From: Patescibacteria group bacterium
Lineage (GTDB): Bacteria > Patescibacteriota > Patescibacteriia > UBA10025 > JBIOWE01
Direction: 5' to 3'
Assembly (NCBI GenBank): GCA_044868145.1
Contig: JBIOWE010000006.1
Coordinates: forward strand, 14,558-78,557
Length of the DNA stretch: 64,000 nt
The notes below the pieces were generated by a model. It saw only the letters and a list, made by a program, of their open reading frames with translations, was not told the DNA's origin and did no database searches. This document shows, one piece after another, positions 8,713 through 19,198 of the stretch. Every line of letters starts with the position of its first letter. The stretch's first letter is position 1. The position numbers and the translations under genes were made by a program.

Positions 8713-10371
8713 ATGAACCTCAAAAACCAACTTCAGAAAAAACTGAAAGCCGTGATTCTCAAAACCTGGCCGAATTTGGAAGAACGCGTGCCAGTGGTTG
8801 ATATTGAATATCCGAAAGACACGAGATACGGCGATTACTCGACCAACATTGCGATGAAACTTGCGCCGCTGGTTCATGAAGAGCCGCGGCAGATTGCTGG
8901 GAAGATTGCGCAATTCACGATGCCCGCAATCAAGCGAATTGAGATTGCTGGCCCTGGGTTTGTGAACTTTTTTCTGGGTGAAGTTTGGCTCCAGCGCCAA
9001 CTTGATGCGATCCTTAAGCAAAAGGCGAGGTTTGGGACAAGCACGATGGGCAGGAACAAGCGAATCAATGTTGAGTTCATCTCAGCAAACCCGACCGGCC
9101 CACTCACCCTTGGCAATGGCCGCGGTGGGTTCACGGGCGACGTCCTGGCGAATATTTTTGAGCTGGCTGGCTACAAGCCATGGCGCGAATATTACGTGAA
9201 TGACATTGGCAACCAAGTGAACATTCTCGCCGAGTCCGTGCTCCGCCGCTACTGGCAGCATAAGGGCATCAAAATCGAATATCCGGATTATTGTTATCAA
9301 GGCGCGTATATCGATGAACTCGCTAAAACCCTGTACCTGCCGAATTATAAATTATCCGCAGCGCAGAAGTTAGAAGACATCCGCGACAAAGTGAAGATGC
9401 GCATCCTCGATAAAATGCTGAAAGGCATCCAGCGTGTGATACGCCACAAACTGAACATTCAGTTCGACAAATTTTTCTCCGAGCGGTCGCTGTATCGTTC
9501 AGGCAGCGTAGACCGTGTGCTGAAATTGCTCAAAGCCAAAGGTCTTATTTATAAACACGATGGCGCGTTCTGGATGAAAACAACGCAGTTCGGCGATGAC
9601 AAGGATCGCGTCGTAATCCGTGAAAACGGCGAGCCCGTGTATTTTCTTTCCGATATTGCGTATCATTACGAAAAGCTTACAAAACGGAAGTTCGATCGTA
9701 TCATTAATATCGTCGGCGCGGACCATCACGGCTACCCGCCGCGCGTCCGTGCCGCCATGGAAGCGCTCGGCGTCGGCAACAGGCTCGACTTTATACTCAT
9801 GCAGCTTGTGCGGCTCATTCGCGCCGGCCAGGAAGTAAAAATGTCCAAACGGCTGGGAACCTACGTAACGCTTGAGGAAGTTATAGATGAAGTTGGTCTT
9901 GACGCCGCCCGCTTTTTCTTCTTGATGCACGCGCCAAACACACATATGGACTTTGACATCGATTTGGCGAAAAAGAAGTCTGAAGAGAACCCCGTATACT
10001 ACGTTCAATATGCCCATGCACGAATCTGTAGTATAATCAGAAATGTAGAGAAAGAACACAAAAAGAAGCGGAAAGAAGAAAACACGAGTGGGCAAAAAGT
10101 TGGACAATTCGAGAGAGGAGAGTACGGCCTGATCAAGGAGCTTCTGAAGTGGCCGGGACTTGTCGAAGAAGTGAGCCAGAGCTATCAAGTTCAACGCCTG
10201 CCCTTTTACGGAATGGCCCTTGCAACGAAGTTTCATGAATTTTATACGAAGTACCGTGTGATCGATCGAGGCGTAGTGAATGAGCGACGACGGCAGCTCG
10301 TGGAAGCAACAAAAATCGTTCTGGCAGGCTGCTTGCATACTATGGGCATCAACGCGCCAGAGAAGATGTGA
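8713..10371 (+). CDS. argS: Arginyl-tRNA synthetase
   Basis: Class I ArgRS: SANPTGPLTLGNGRG (HIGH region), KMSKRLG and full-length similarity. Confidence 0.9.
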   Translation: MNLKNQLQKKLKAVILKTWPNLEERVPVVDIEYPKDTRYGDYSTNIAMKLAPLVHEEPRQIAGKIAQFTMPAIKRIEIAGPGFVNFFLGEVWLQRQLDAILKQKARFGTSTMGRNKRINVEFISANPTGPLTLGNGRGGFTGDVLANIFELAGYKPWREYYVNDIGNQVNILAESVLRRYWQHKGIKIEYPDYCYQGAYIDELAKTLYLPNYKLSAAQKLEDIRDKVKMRILDKMLKGIQRVIRHKLNIQFDKFFSERSLYRSGSVDRVLKLLKAKGLIYKHDGAFWMKTTQFGDDKDRVVIRENGEPVYFLSDIAYHYEKLTKRKFDRIINIVGADHHGYPPRVRAAMEALGVGNRLDFILMQLVRLIRAGQEVKMSKRLGTYVTLEEVIDEVGLDAARFFFLMHAPNTHMDFDIDLAKKKSEENPVYYVQYAHARICSIIRNVEKEHKKKRKEENTSGQKVGQFERGEYGLIKELLKWPGLVEEVSQSYQVQRLPFYGMALATKFHEFYTKYRVIDRGVVNERRRQLVEATKIVLAGCLHTMGINAPEKM

Positions 10372-10450
10372 TAGCTTATAGCATATAGCGTATGGCTTAT
10401 AGGGAAATCCCGCTTGGAACTATAGGCAATATGCTATTAGCCATTAGCTT
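10371..10450. repeat. Heptamer palindromic array, NTAT(A/G)GC units (copy X)
   Basis: ATAGCTTATAGCATATAGCGTATGGCTTATAG ... CTATAGGCAATATGCTATTAGCCATTAGCT. Heptamer units run in one orientation and then in the inverse orientation, filling the argS/GT4 intergenic space. Confidence 0.55.
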
Positions 10451-10456
10451 TCGTCT

Positions 10457-11593
10457 ATGCGTATTGGAATAGATTGCAGGACAATTTTGAATCCCGAGCT
10501 CGGCGAACGCGCCGGCGTCGGACATTACACATACTATCTTGTCAAAAACCTTTTACGGATCGACAAGACGAATGAGTACGTATTGTTTTTCGATTGGCGC
10601 GTACGCGACACGCGTGAGTTCGACCAAAAAAATGTCCGGATACGGCATTTCCCTTTTTCGCAATATAAGAAGTTTTTGCCGTTCGCGTATTCGCACATGC
10701 TAACATCCGCTTATTTATTGAAAGAACGGCTGGACGTGTATCATTCGCCGGCGAACGTTATCCCTCTCGCGTATCCTAAAAAGGCTGTTATTACAATTCA
10801 CGACCTTGCGATTTATAAGAATCCAGGGTGGTTCCCGGGTCAAATTTTCAGCACACGGCTTTTAGTTCCGCAAAGCGTCAAGAAAGCGAATAGAATCATT
10901 GCAGTGTCAAAAAGCACCAAACGCGATCTCCAAGATCTGTTTAGTGTGCCTTCAAAAAAAGTTGTCGTGATCTACGAAGGCGTGCAGGTTGAGAAAATTC
11001 CGGTTCACTCACGCGCTATCGACAAAGTTTCACAAAGAAACATCGGCTCAAAATACATTCTTTTCGTTGGAACGCTCGAGCCGCGGAAAAATCTCTTGAC
11101 GCTTCTTAGGGCGTACAAAAAATTGCTGACCTGGGATAAAAAATTCGAAGCTTACAAGCTCATTCTTGCCGGACACAAAGGTTGGAAGCACGAAGAAATT
11201 TTTGATGCAATACGTGAGCTTGGGTTGAAGAAGCACGTGCAGTACGTCGGTTATATTACGCATAATGACAAGATAGAACTCATCAAACGGGCCAGCTGCT
11301 TCGTGAACCCATCGTTCTATGAAGGGTTCGGCCTGACAATGGTTGAAGCGATGGCGCTTGGGACGCCGCTCATCGCCAGTAATGTGTCCTCGATCCCTGA
11401 AGTCGTCGGCGATGCCGGTACGCTCGTTGATCCCGAAAAAGATGACGAGCTCGCCGCCGCGCTCAAGAAAATGTTAAGCAGCTCCTCGGTTCGCGAAGCA
11501 TTCGTACAAAAGGGAAGAGCGCAAGCAAAAAAGTTTTCGTGGGACCGCTGCGCGCGAGAAACGAAAAAAGTCTACGAAAGCCTCAAAAAGTAA
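10457..11593 (+). CDS. Glycosyltransferase family 4 (GT-B, GT4)
   Basis: C-terminal EGFGLTMVEAMALGTPLIASNVSSIPEVVGD motif typical of GT4. Confidence 0.8.
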   Translation: MRIGIDCRTILNPELGERAGVGHYTYYLVKNLLRIDKTNEYVLFFDWRVRDTREFDQKNVRIRHFPFSQYKKFLPFAYSHMLTSAYLLKERLDVYHSPANVIPLAYPKKAVITIHDLAIYKNPGWFPGQIFSTRLLVPQSVKKANRIIAVSKSTKRDLQDLFSVPSKKVVVIYEGVQVEKIPVHSRAIDKVSQRNIGSKYILFVGTLEPRKNLLTLLRAYKKLLTWDKKFEAYKLILAGHKGWKHEEIFDAIRELGLKKHVQYVGYITHNDKIELIKRASCFVNPSFYEGFGLTMVEAMALGTPLIASNVSSIPEVVGDAGTLVDPEKDDELAAALKKMLSSSSVREAFVQKGRAQAKKFSWDRCARETKKVYESLKK

Positions 11594-11610
11594 TCGATGG
11601 AAAAAAGAAA

Positions 11611-11640
11611 AAGCCCTTGGTATTCGTAAGGGCTTTTTTC
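11611..11640. terminator. Bidirectional rho-independent terminator
   Basis: AAGCCCTTGG...TAAGGGCTTTTTT with A-tract and T-tract flanks, between convergent genes. Confidence 0.6.
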
Positions 11641-11644
11641 GATG

Positions 11645-12361
11645 TTAGTCGATATTCAGCATCCGTTTGATGCTCAGAGCGAGACGTTCGCAGTGGTCGA
11701 GTAACTCCTCGGCGCTTGCATAAATTTCGAGCCAGGTGAGCGTGCGTGCAATTTCTTGGACGGTGTTCAAAGATTGTAAATGCTCAACCTGTGCTTCCAA
11801 CAGTTTTGCGTCACTCTTTTTCTCACAAAGGTCGACCTCCCGCCAGTATTCGTTAATCCGCGTTGAATTAAGCTTCTGAGGCGGCAATAACTCGACCATG
11901 CCTGTAAGGTTATGAATAGCGTCAGTGATCAATCCGCCGAGATGTTGTAGGGTGCTGTTGGCTTTTTCTATTTTGTGAGTGAAAAGCGCCTGGCAAAGAT
12001 CTTCCAGCTCATGAGTGATTAAACGAACGATTCGCGCCACGTCATGGATGTCCTTTTTCGGATAGGGAGGCAGAACCGACTTTTTTAGCCTGAAGTATGT
12101 CACGTTAAACAGCACGTCGCTCTCGCGCTTAGACCGCTGGGTCGCGTTCATAAGTTCCGTGACGGAGATTTCCGAGCCCTGTGTCTGATGGGAATGAATA
12201 AATAGCTCGAATTTTTTTGCCGCGTCGTCAAGATTCTTTACCTGGTCAAGAAGCGGCTCATACAGACTTGGGTCTTTCGGCAGCAGCCGATAGAAAATAG
12301 AGTAGCATTGTACGACCACGCGAATAAAAAATCTCAACACGTAAAAAAGAACGTTCCTCAT
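11645..12361 (-). CDS. Hypothetical helical protein (possible PhoU-like/DUF47 fold; tentative)
   Basis: ORF about 238 aa from the internal ATG. The call rests on predicted helices only, with no firm motif. Confidence 0.3.
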   Translation of the reverse strand: MRNVLFYVLRFFIRVVVQCYSIFYRLLPKDPSLYEPLLDQVKNLDDAAKKFELFIHSHQTQGSEISVTELMNATQRSKRESDVLFNVTYFRLKKSVLPPYPKKDIHDVARIVRLITHELEDLCQALFTHKIEKANSTLQHLGGLITDAIHNLTGMVELLPPQKLNSTRINEYWREVDLCEKKSDAKLLEAQVEHLQSLNTVQEIARTLTWLEIYASAEELLDHCERLALSIKRMLNID

Positions 12362-12479
12362 TTTCCCCTCCTTGTGAATTTTAAGGTGCAAGTAGTTTCT
12401 GAACAGCTAAGGCTACACCAGTTTTGGATTCTTGTCAAGAAGCCGCTTTTTCGGTACAATAACGATTAGTCAAAGACTC

Positions 12480-15428
12480 ATGGAACAAGAAAACACAAAA
12501 CCGAATTTCCCGGAGACGGAAGAGAAGGTGCTGCGTTTTTGGGAAAAGGAAAAAATCTTTGAGACGTCACTTGAGCGGACAAAAAACGGGAAACCGTTCG
12601 TTTTTTTTGAAGGGCCGCCAACGGCAAACGGCCGTCCCGGCATCCACCATGTCCTCAGCCGCGCCTACAAAGACGTGATCCCGCGATATAAAACGATGCG
12701 TGGATTTTTTGTTGAACGAAAAGCCGGATGGGACACGCATGGTTTGCCCGTAGAGCTTGAAGTAGAAAAACAATTGAAACTTTCCGGCAAGCCGGACATT
12801 GAGAAATACGGCATCGAGAAGTTCAATGAAAAATGTAAGGAGAGCGTTTGGAAATACAAGACGGAATGGGAACAAATGACCAAGCGCATCGGTTTTTGGC
12901 TTGACCTTGAGCATCCGTATATCACGTATGAGAATACGTATATAGAGTCGCTCTGGTGGATCATCAAGCAGATATGGGAGAAGCGTTTGCTCTATCGGGG
13001 GTACAAGGTGGTGCCCCACTGCCCGCGTTGCGGCACCGCGCTTTCGTCGCACGAAGTGGCCCAAGGGTATAAAGAAATCACTGAAGAGTCTGTGTACGTC
13101 AAGTTTCGCCTCAAGGACTCACTTACGCTCAATAAGGGAAAAAAGAAAAAGGCTGACAAAGCAAACACCTTTTTTCTCTCGTGGACGACTACGCCGTGGA
13201 CGCTGCCGGGGAATGTCGCTTTGGCGGTTGGCAAGAACATTTCGTATGTAAAAGTGAAACAGGGGGATGATGTTTATATCCTCGCCAAGGATCGCCTCAC
13301 TATTTTGGACGGCAAGCACAAAATCCTGGAAGAAATGAAAGGACAAGACCTCGTTGGCATTGAATACGAGCCCCTGTACCCGTTTATTCCTCTCGAAGGC
13401 AAGAAGGCGTACTACGTTGCGGCTGCGGATTTTGTTACAATCGCGGAAGGAACAGGTATTGTGCACACCGCAGTTATGTACGGCGAGGATGACTATGCAC
13501 TGGGTGAGAAGCTGGGACTCCCGAAACACCATACGGTCGATCAGGCCGGTCGTTTTACTCAAGAAGTCAAACCCTGGGCCGGCAAGTTTGTGAATGAAGC
13601 AGAAAAAGATATTGTCGCGGACCTTCGGAAACGCAGCTTACTGTATAAGTCGGAACAGCATAAACATTCCTACCCGTTCTGCTGGCGATGCGACTCTCCT
13701 TTGCTGTACTATGCCAAAGATTCTTGGTTCGTTGCCATGAGCAAACTGCGCAAACAACTCATCGCGAATAATCAACAGGTGAATTGGGTGCCGCCGTACG
13801 TAAAAACGGGCCGCTTTGGCGAATGGCTCAACGAAGTGAAGGATTGGGCGTTTTCACGCGAGCGGTATTGGGGCACGCCGCTGCCGATTTGGGTTTGTCA
13901 GCAATGCCAACATACGGAATGCCTGGGGAGCATTGATGAGCTTGCCGAACGCTCCGCGACAAAGATCGATAGAAAGAAATTAGATTTGCACAGGCCCTAC
14001 ATAGACAATATCTCGCTTACGTGTTCCAAATGTGGGGGGACCATGCGACGCGTCCCGGAGGTCGCAGACGTCTGGTTCGATTCCGGCGCCATGCCGTTTG
14101 CCCAATGGCATTACCCCTTTGAGAATAAGGAACGAGTTGATTCCGGCGCGGCGTTTCCCGCGGGCTACATTGCCGAGGCGATTGACCAAACACGCGGCTG
14201 GTTTTACACGTTGCTTGCGGTTTCCACATTGCTTGGCAAAGGGCCCGCCTATAAGAACGTCGTATGCTTGGGACATGTGCTTGATGCGAAGGGCCAAAAG
14301 ATGAGTAAGTCAAAAGGCAACGTTATTGATCCGTTCACGGCGATAAAGCAGTACGGCAGCGATCCAATCCGGTGGCATTTGTTTACGATGAGCCAGCCTG
14401 GTGAATCCAAAATGTTCGACTTGAAGGGAGTCGAAGAAGCGGTCAAAAAGCATTTCCTCATCCTTTGGAACGTACTGAGTTTTTACGCAATGTATAAGCA
14501 GTCACCCGTTACGAAAAAAATAGTATCGACCAATATCCTTGATCGCTGGGTCATGGCCAAGCTCAATGTGCTCATCGCTGACGTAACAGACAAACTTGAA
14601 CAGTACTCCGTGACTAGCGCGTGTCGCGAGGTCGGATTCTTTGTCCAAGAGCTTTCGACCTGGTACATTCGCAGGAGCCGCAATCGGTTTAAAGGGAATG
14701 AGGCCGAACGTGACCAAGCGCTCCATACATTGCAAACAGTGTTACTCACGGTAAGCAAACTCCTGGCGCCGTTCACGCCATTTTTTGCCGAACATATATA
14801 TCGTCAGGTCAGCAAAAATGAGCAAGATGCGGTAACGAGCGTGCATCTTTGTTCCTGGCCAACACCTGATCTGCCTCTGATTGACCGAAAACTACTCCAC
14901 GGCATGGACGTGCTACGCAAGGCAATCGAGCTGGGACACGCGCTTCGCAAAGAGCAACGGTTGAAGGTTCGCCAGCCGCTTAGCCAGTTTATTCTGGTTG
15001 GCGCTCAATCATTCGATCCGGAGCTCATGCGACTCATCCAAGAAGAGTTGAATGTGAAAGAAGTTATTCTTTCAAAGAAACTTCCGAAAGGGGCTGAGTT
15101 TGTTTCTCAACTGTCAGGAACCTTGACCGTCGCGCTTGATACGACCGTCACCGACGAGCTAAAAATCGAAGGTATTGTCCGAGAATTTACGCGCCATATC
15201 AACTCGATGCGCAAAGATGCGCGACTGTCTATGAGCGACGTGATAACACTCTATTACGAAATTGAAAATGATGACATACGCAAAATATTTGAGGTCTATG
15301 GACATCGCATCAGTAAAGAAGTGATTGCGGCCCAACATCTGAAAGGCATTCCAGACAATGTAGACGTGAAGAAAGTACTAGACATTCAAGGCAAGAAAGT
15401 GTTGTTCGGCATTAAAAAACGATCATAG
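12480..15428 (+). CDS. ileS: Isoleucyl-tRNA synthetase
   Basis: PPTANGRPGIHHVLSR (HIGH), KMSKSKGN (KMSKS), CP1 editing domain. ATG 12480 (MEQENTKPNFPE...) is preferred to the upstream TTG. Confidence 0.9.
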   Translation: MEQENTKPNFPETEEKVLRFWEKEKIFETSLERTKNGKPFVFFEGPPTANGRPGIHHVLSRAYKDVIPRYKTMRGFFVERKAGWDTHGLPVELEVEKQLKLSGKPDIEKYGIEKFNEKCKESVWKYKTEWEQMTKRIGFWLDLEHPYITYENTYIESLWWIIKQIWEKRLLYRGYKVVPHCPRCGTALSSHEVAQGYKEITEESVYVKFRLKDSLTLNKGKKKKADKANTFFLSWTTTPWTLPGNVALAVGKNISYVKVKQGDDVYILAKDRLTILDGKHKILEEMKGQDLVGIEYEPLYPFIPLEGKKAYYVAAADFVTIAEGTGIVHTAVMYGEDDYALGEKLGLPKHHTVDQAGRFTQEVKPWAGKFVNEAEKDIVADLRKRSLLYKSEQHKHSYPFCWRCDSPLLYYAKDSWFVAMSKLRKQLIANNQQVNWVPPYVKTGRFGEWLNEVKDWAFSRERYWGTPLPIWVCQQCQHTECLGSIDELAERSATKIDRKKLDLHRPYIDNISLTCSKCGGTMRRVPEVADVWFDSGAMPFAQWHYPFENKERVDSGAAFPAGYIAEAIDQTRGWFYTLLAVSTLLGKGPAYKNVVCLGHVLDAKGQKMSKSKGNVIDPFTAIKQYGSDPIRWHLFTMSQPGESKMFDLKGVEEAVKKHFLILWNVLSFYAMYKQSPVTKKIVSTNILDRWVMAKLNVLIADVTDKLEQYSVTSACREVGFFVQELSTWYIRRSRNRFKGNEAERDQALHTLQTVLLTVSKLLAPFTPFFAEHIYRQVSKNEQDAVTSVHLCSWPTPDLPLIDRKLLHGMDVLRKAIELGHALRKEQRLKVRQPLSQFILVGAQSFDPELMRLIQEELNVKEVILSKKLPKGAEFVSQLSGTLTVALDTTVTDELKIEGIVREFTRHINSMRKDARLSMSDVITLYYEIENDDIRKIFEVYGHRISKEVIAAQHLKGIPDNVDVKKVLDIQGKKVLFGIKKRS

Positions 15429-15430
15429 CC

Positions 15431-16234
15431 ATGGCCATACTTTCGACCGAAGCGATGGTGCTCTCGAAGAAGAATATTCGCGAAGCGGATCGCCTGTATA
15501 CGTTTTACACAAACCAATACGGCAAGGTTGAAGCCATCGCGAAAGGAGTGCGCAAGACGAGGAGCAAGCTCGCGGGAACGCTCGAACCGATCTCCCGTAT
15601 TACGATCACGTTGGCAAGCGGCAAAACATTCTTCACCATCGTGGCATGCGAAACGCTTTACGCATATCGACGTATTAAATCTGAGCTGGAGCCATTGCTG
15701 CTTGGGCAGCGTATCCTTGCCGTTGTTGACCGACTCACTGAGTTCAATCAAGCCGACGCGCGCACCTATTCGCTGGTCCGAGAAACGCTTGATGGGCTTG
15801 AGGAAGAACGTTCAGAAGGGCATTTGCCTCTTGTTGCGTATTGGTACTTTCTTTGGCGTTTCACGGCGGTGCTCGGTTACGCGATTGATTTGTATCGATG
15901 CGCAGTCTGCGGCAAGCGTTTAACGCCGGACGGCAACGTCCTTTCGCTGAGCCATGACGGTGTTTTGTGCGCCTCATGCGCAAAAACGCGTCAGGGAATG
16001 GCATTCCCACGGACGGCCATTGTCGTGGCGAGGGAAATATTCCGTCGGCCCCTTCTGGAATTCGGGCGCGTGCGATTCACGCCATCCACGAGGCAAACGT
16101 TCCAGCGGGTCACCGCCCACCTTCTGGATTCGCTCGCGGAGCGGGAAGCGCGGTCAAGCAAGGATATCTTTTGGCAACAGGCTGACGGCGTGACAAACCA
16201 CCAGTATGGAAAAAAACATCGACAAACAAGCTGA
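15431..16234 (+). CDS. recO: DNA repair protein RecO
   Basis: N-terminal OB-fold (EAMVLSKKNIREADRLYTFYT) and a C-terminal CxxC...CxxC zinc motif. Confidence 0.8.
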   Translation: MAILSTEAMVLSKKNIREADRLYTFYTNQYGKVEAIAKGVRKTRSKLAGTLEPISRITITLASGKTFFTIVACETLYAYRRIKSELEPLLLGQRILAVVDRLTEFNQADARTYSLVRETLDGLEEERSEGHLPLVAYWYFLWRFTAVLGYAIDLYRCAVCGKRLTPDGNVLSLSHDGVLCASCAKTRQGMAFPRTAIVVAREIFRRPLLEFGRVRFTPSTRQTFQRVTAHLLDSLAEREARSSKDIFWQQADGVTNHQYGKKHRQTS

Positions 16235-18080
16235 CCATAGCCAACTCGAGGGGTTGCGGGCCCTTTTTGGTCCTCGAGAGGGCCAGCCAGATGACTTGCG
16301 CCATATAAGCAGGAAAGATCCGTTCAAACGACGCAAAATTTTCGCTTTGATCATCCTCGCCCTCGTCGTCTTATCTTCCGCAGCGCTTGCAGGCTTCTTT
16401 TTGTTTAATAAAAATGAAAAATTTTCTGGCGACAACATTGTTCTTTCGATCAGTGGGCCAGCCAATGTGGACGCTGGGGGAGAAGCGCAATTTCTCGTGA
16501 CCTACGAAAATAATGAAACTGTTGATATTCGCAATGTCCAGCTTACCATGCAGTTCCCCACTTATTTCCGTCTGACTTCTTCGAGCATTGAATCGACGAA
16601 TGACGCCAAGAATGCGTGGGATCTTGGTGATTTGAAGAAGGGCTCAAAAGGCGCGTTGGTTCTGACCGGCACGGTTACCGGCTTGGTGGGTCAATCCGCC
16701 TCCTTGGACGCCATTCTCTCGTATACGCCGGCGAATTTCAGTTCTGAATTCCAGAAACGTACGAGCCATTCCGTCACGATCAAGTCGGCAACGACCAGCG
16801 TGAGTCTCGATATTCCTGTGCGCGTTTTGAGCGGCCAAGAGGAAACATACGCCATTCATTACAAGAACACCGCGGCCGAGGACGTCAGTCGTTTGCGCAT
16901 TCGGGTGACCTATCCCTCGGGGTTTACTATCGTAAGCCAAAAGCCTGATCCGAGCGAAGGCAAGGACGTCTGGGAAATCGAATCCCTGGCAGCCGGTAAA
17001 GAGGGAGAGGTGACTTTTACCGGCACGCTCGAAGGCAAAGACAATGAGTTGAAAGAGTTTCGCGTGCAATTGGAAACATCCGGACCGGACGCGGCATTCC
17101 ACATCCAAGAAGAAAAAACAGCGCTCGTACTTGTCCTGCAACCGCAATTCCTTGTTCAATTATTCGTGAATGGCACTGAAAAAAGCGGAACGACGTCCTT
17201 TCACACTACCCAGACGATTGCCCTTCGATACAGCAACCAGAGTGATCGTTCATACGAAAACGTTGTCTTGAAGGCGAACCTCACCGGATCAGTGATTGAC
17301 TTGTCAACCGTACAGAACATCAGTAAAGGCAAGCGCAGTGGTACAACCATCATTTGGGATAAAACGGTTGTCCCCGGCCTTGCTCACGTGGATCCCGGCA
17401 AGGGAGGCGAAGTGTCTTTTACCGTGCAAACGAGTGAGGAGCCGGCGCCCGGCGATCAAAACGTTCGTTATTCATATGAAGTAACCGCTGAAGCAAGCGC
17501 CAACGACACGAAAGATTTTCAGAATAAGACTTTTACGCTGAAGGTCGATCCTGTGGTCACCAAGATCTCCACGTTTTTTTCTTTTCGTGCGGAAGCCCGG
17601 TATTATAACGAAGAATACATTCCGGTCGGTTCCGGGCCGTTGCCGCCTAAGGTAGGCGAGGCGACCCGCTACCGTGTGTATTGGTTTTTACAAAATACGA
17701 CGAATGAAGTGAGCAATGTTCAGGTTCAAACAACGCTGCCTGAAACCGTGACATGGACCGGGCGCTCAACGGTTTCCGCAGGCGAGGCGCTCACCTTTGA
17801 CTCAGTGACGCGCATCGTGACCTGGCGAATCAATAAATTGCCGCCCCATGTTGGCACTCTTATTCCCGAACTTGAAGCGAGCTTTGAAGTGCAGGTCACG
17901 CCACAGGAGGCCGACGTGGGAAAAACACTCGTTTTAACGAAACAAGCATTCGCAAGCGGCGACGATACGTTTACCAACCAACACCTGCAGAATGCCGAAG
18001 ATTCCCTGACCACAGAGCTTGCGAATGATCCGCTGGCGAAAGGCAAGGGCACGGTTCAGCCTGCAGATGAACCTCAATAA
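16206..18080 (+). CDS. Membrane-anchored surface protein with DUF11-type repeat domains
   Basis: N-terminal TM helix, then repeated units of the form VTY-N-(V/T)...V-L...G...W-LG-L--G-----T--V (for example SISGPANVDAGGEAQFLVTYENNETVDIRNVQL). Confidence 0.5.
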   Translation: MEKNIDKQADHSQLEGLRALFGPREGQPDDLRHISRKDPFKRRKIFALIILALVVLSSAALAGFFLFNKNEKFSGDNIVLSISGPANVDAGGEAQFLVTYENNETVDIRNVQLTMQFPTYFRLTSSSIESTNDAKNAWDLGDLKKGSKGALVLTGTVTGLVGQSASLDAILSYTPANFSSEFQKRTSHSVTIKSATTSVSLDIPVRVLSGQEETYAIHYKNTAAEDVSRLRIRVTYPSGFTIVSQKPDPSEGKDVWEIESLAAGKEGEVTFTGTLEGKDNELKEFRVQLETSGPDAAFHIQEEKTALVLVLQPQFLVQLFVNGTEKSGTTSFHTTQTIALRYSNQSDRSYENVVLKANLTGSVIDLSTVQNISKGKRSGTTIIWDKTVVPGLAHVDPGKGGEVSFTVQTSEEPAPGDQNVRYSYEVTAEASANDTKDFQNKTFTLKVDPVVTKISTFFSFRAEARYYNEEYIPVGSGPLPPKVGEATRYRVYWFLQNTTNEVSNVQVQTTLPETVTWTGRSTVSAGEALTFDSVTRIVTWRINKLPPHVGTLIPELEASFEVQVTPQEADVGKTLVLTKQAFASGDDTFTNQHLQNAEDSLTTELANDPLAKGKGTVQPADEPQ

Positions 18081-18114
18081 AAAAATCGGCGCCATGCATT
18101 ATGGAGCCGATTTG
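18078..18114. terminator. Putative bidirectional terminator
   Basis: ATCGGC...GCCGAT hairpin with A- and T-rich flanks, between convergent genes. Confidence 0.4.
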
Positions 18115-18726
18115 TTACGGAAAATATTTTTGCAGCGACGCCTTGAAGGAGAACTGTTCCTTGATGGTTAGATGGCCAATGATGCTCGCTAAGGCGAAGA
18201 TATCCGCCATAATAATGAATCCTTGAGCCATCGTCTTGTGCTGTAAGAAGAGTAGACAGAAACATGCGCCCTCACAGCACAGTTTTATTTTGCCGAATAT
18301 GTTCGCGCCAATTCTGCGACGTATTTTGAAGAATGTTTTGAATCCAGGGAGTGCGAACAATACGAACGTAAGCACGACCCACGCTTCATACCAAAAGGAG
18401 AGGGGACGCAGCGATTCAAGAAAAATGAACAAGAGCAGGGACATATGCAACACTTTGTCTGCAAAGGGGTCGTAGAGCCGTCCGAATGCGCTATTGTTCT
18501 TGCGCAACCACTTTGCCGTCCGCCCATCCAGATAATCAGTGAACAATGCACCGATATACACCCAGAACGCCCATGGACTATTCATGTTGTACAATGCGGC
18601 AATTGGCCACACGGCAAGCACGCGTAGAGTCGTAATGATGTTCGGCAGGACAAAGAAGACTCTTAGTCCATAAAGAGTTTTTTTCAATCCTTCTCGCGCC
18701 ACTGAAATGAGTTGTGAAAAGATCAT
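18115..18726 (-). CDS. pgsA: CDP-alcohol phosphatidyltransferase (PgsA-like)
   Basis: DYLDGRTAKW...GRLYDPFADK matches the D-x2-DG-x2-AR...G-x3-D-x3-D motif. Multiple TM helices. Confidence 0.8.
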   Translation of the reverse strand: MIFSQLISVAREGLKKTLYGLRVFFVLPNIITTLRVLAVWPIAALYNMNSPWAFWVYIGALFTDYLDGRTAKWLRKNNSAFGRLYDPFADKVLHMSLLLFIFLESLRPLSFWYEAWVVLTFVLFALPGFKTFFKIRRRIGANIFGKIKLCCEGACFCLLFLQHKTMAQGFIIMADIFALASIIGHLTIKEQFSFKASLQKYFP

Positions 18727-18862
18727 ATTTCCCTCCTTGTTTTGGCTGTATCGTACTTGTTGGATGTTGTTTCGTCAAGGTTGTTATCGAAACTCTTGAC
18801 AAGCTTGCCTCATACAACTACACTTCTTAATATATTGAACTTTTTTCAAAAGGAGGTAGGTA

Positions 18863-19120
18863 ATGAAACCGCCATTTTGGCTCGGACAAGAGCCTAGTCC
18901 ATGCGGTCATTATTTCCCAGAAGTTATCCGGCTGCGTGACGCGCAAAAGTCAGACGGTTGTTCAAGAGTTTTTGACTGCCTCCATTGTGGGGAATATCAG
19001 GAGCTTATCCCACCGGAGGAATATTCGGAAAAGTCAATTGACTCCTCAATAGCCCCCGCAGTGCGTGAAGTATTTTACCTAGCACTTCCCAGTGCACCCG
19101 TTCAAACCCAACATGTATAA
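18863..19120 (+). CDS. Hypothetical Cys-rich small protein
   Basis: CGHYF...CLHCGEY zinc-ribbon-like spacing. Confidence 0.3.
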   Translation: MKPPFWLGQEPSPCGHYFPEVIRLRDAQKSDGCSRVFDCLHCGEYQELIPPEEYSEKSIDSSIAPAVREVFYLALPSAPVQTQHV

Positions 19121-19198
19121 CGTTGGGTTTTTTTTGACACGTGTTGAGGCTTGTGATAGAGTGGGATATTCATCGTACTTTACAAAAAAGGAGGAACC

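Noticed and set aside
12567-14776. Multiple minus-strand ORFs (60-165 aa) overlapping ileS
   Set aside because: They lie within a 998-aa CDS that has HIGH/KMSKS motifs. The reverse frames have no motifs or RBS.
16644-17159. 171-aa minus-strand ORF inside the DUF11 surface-protein gene
   Set aside because: It is antisense to a longer ORF with a TM anchor and repeat structure. Its composition is typical of a reverse-frame artefact.
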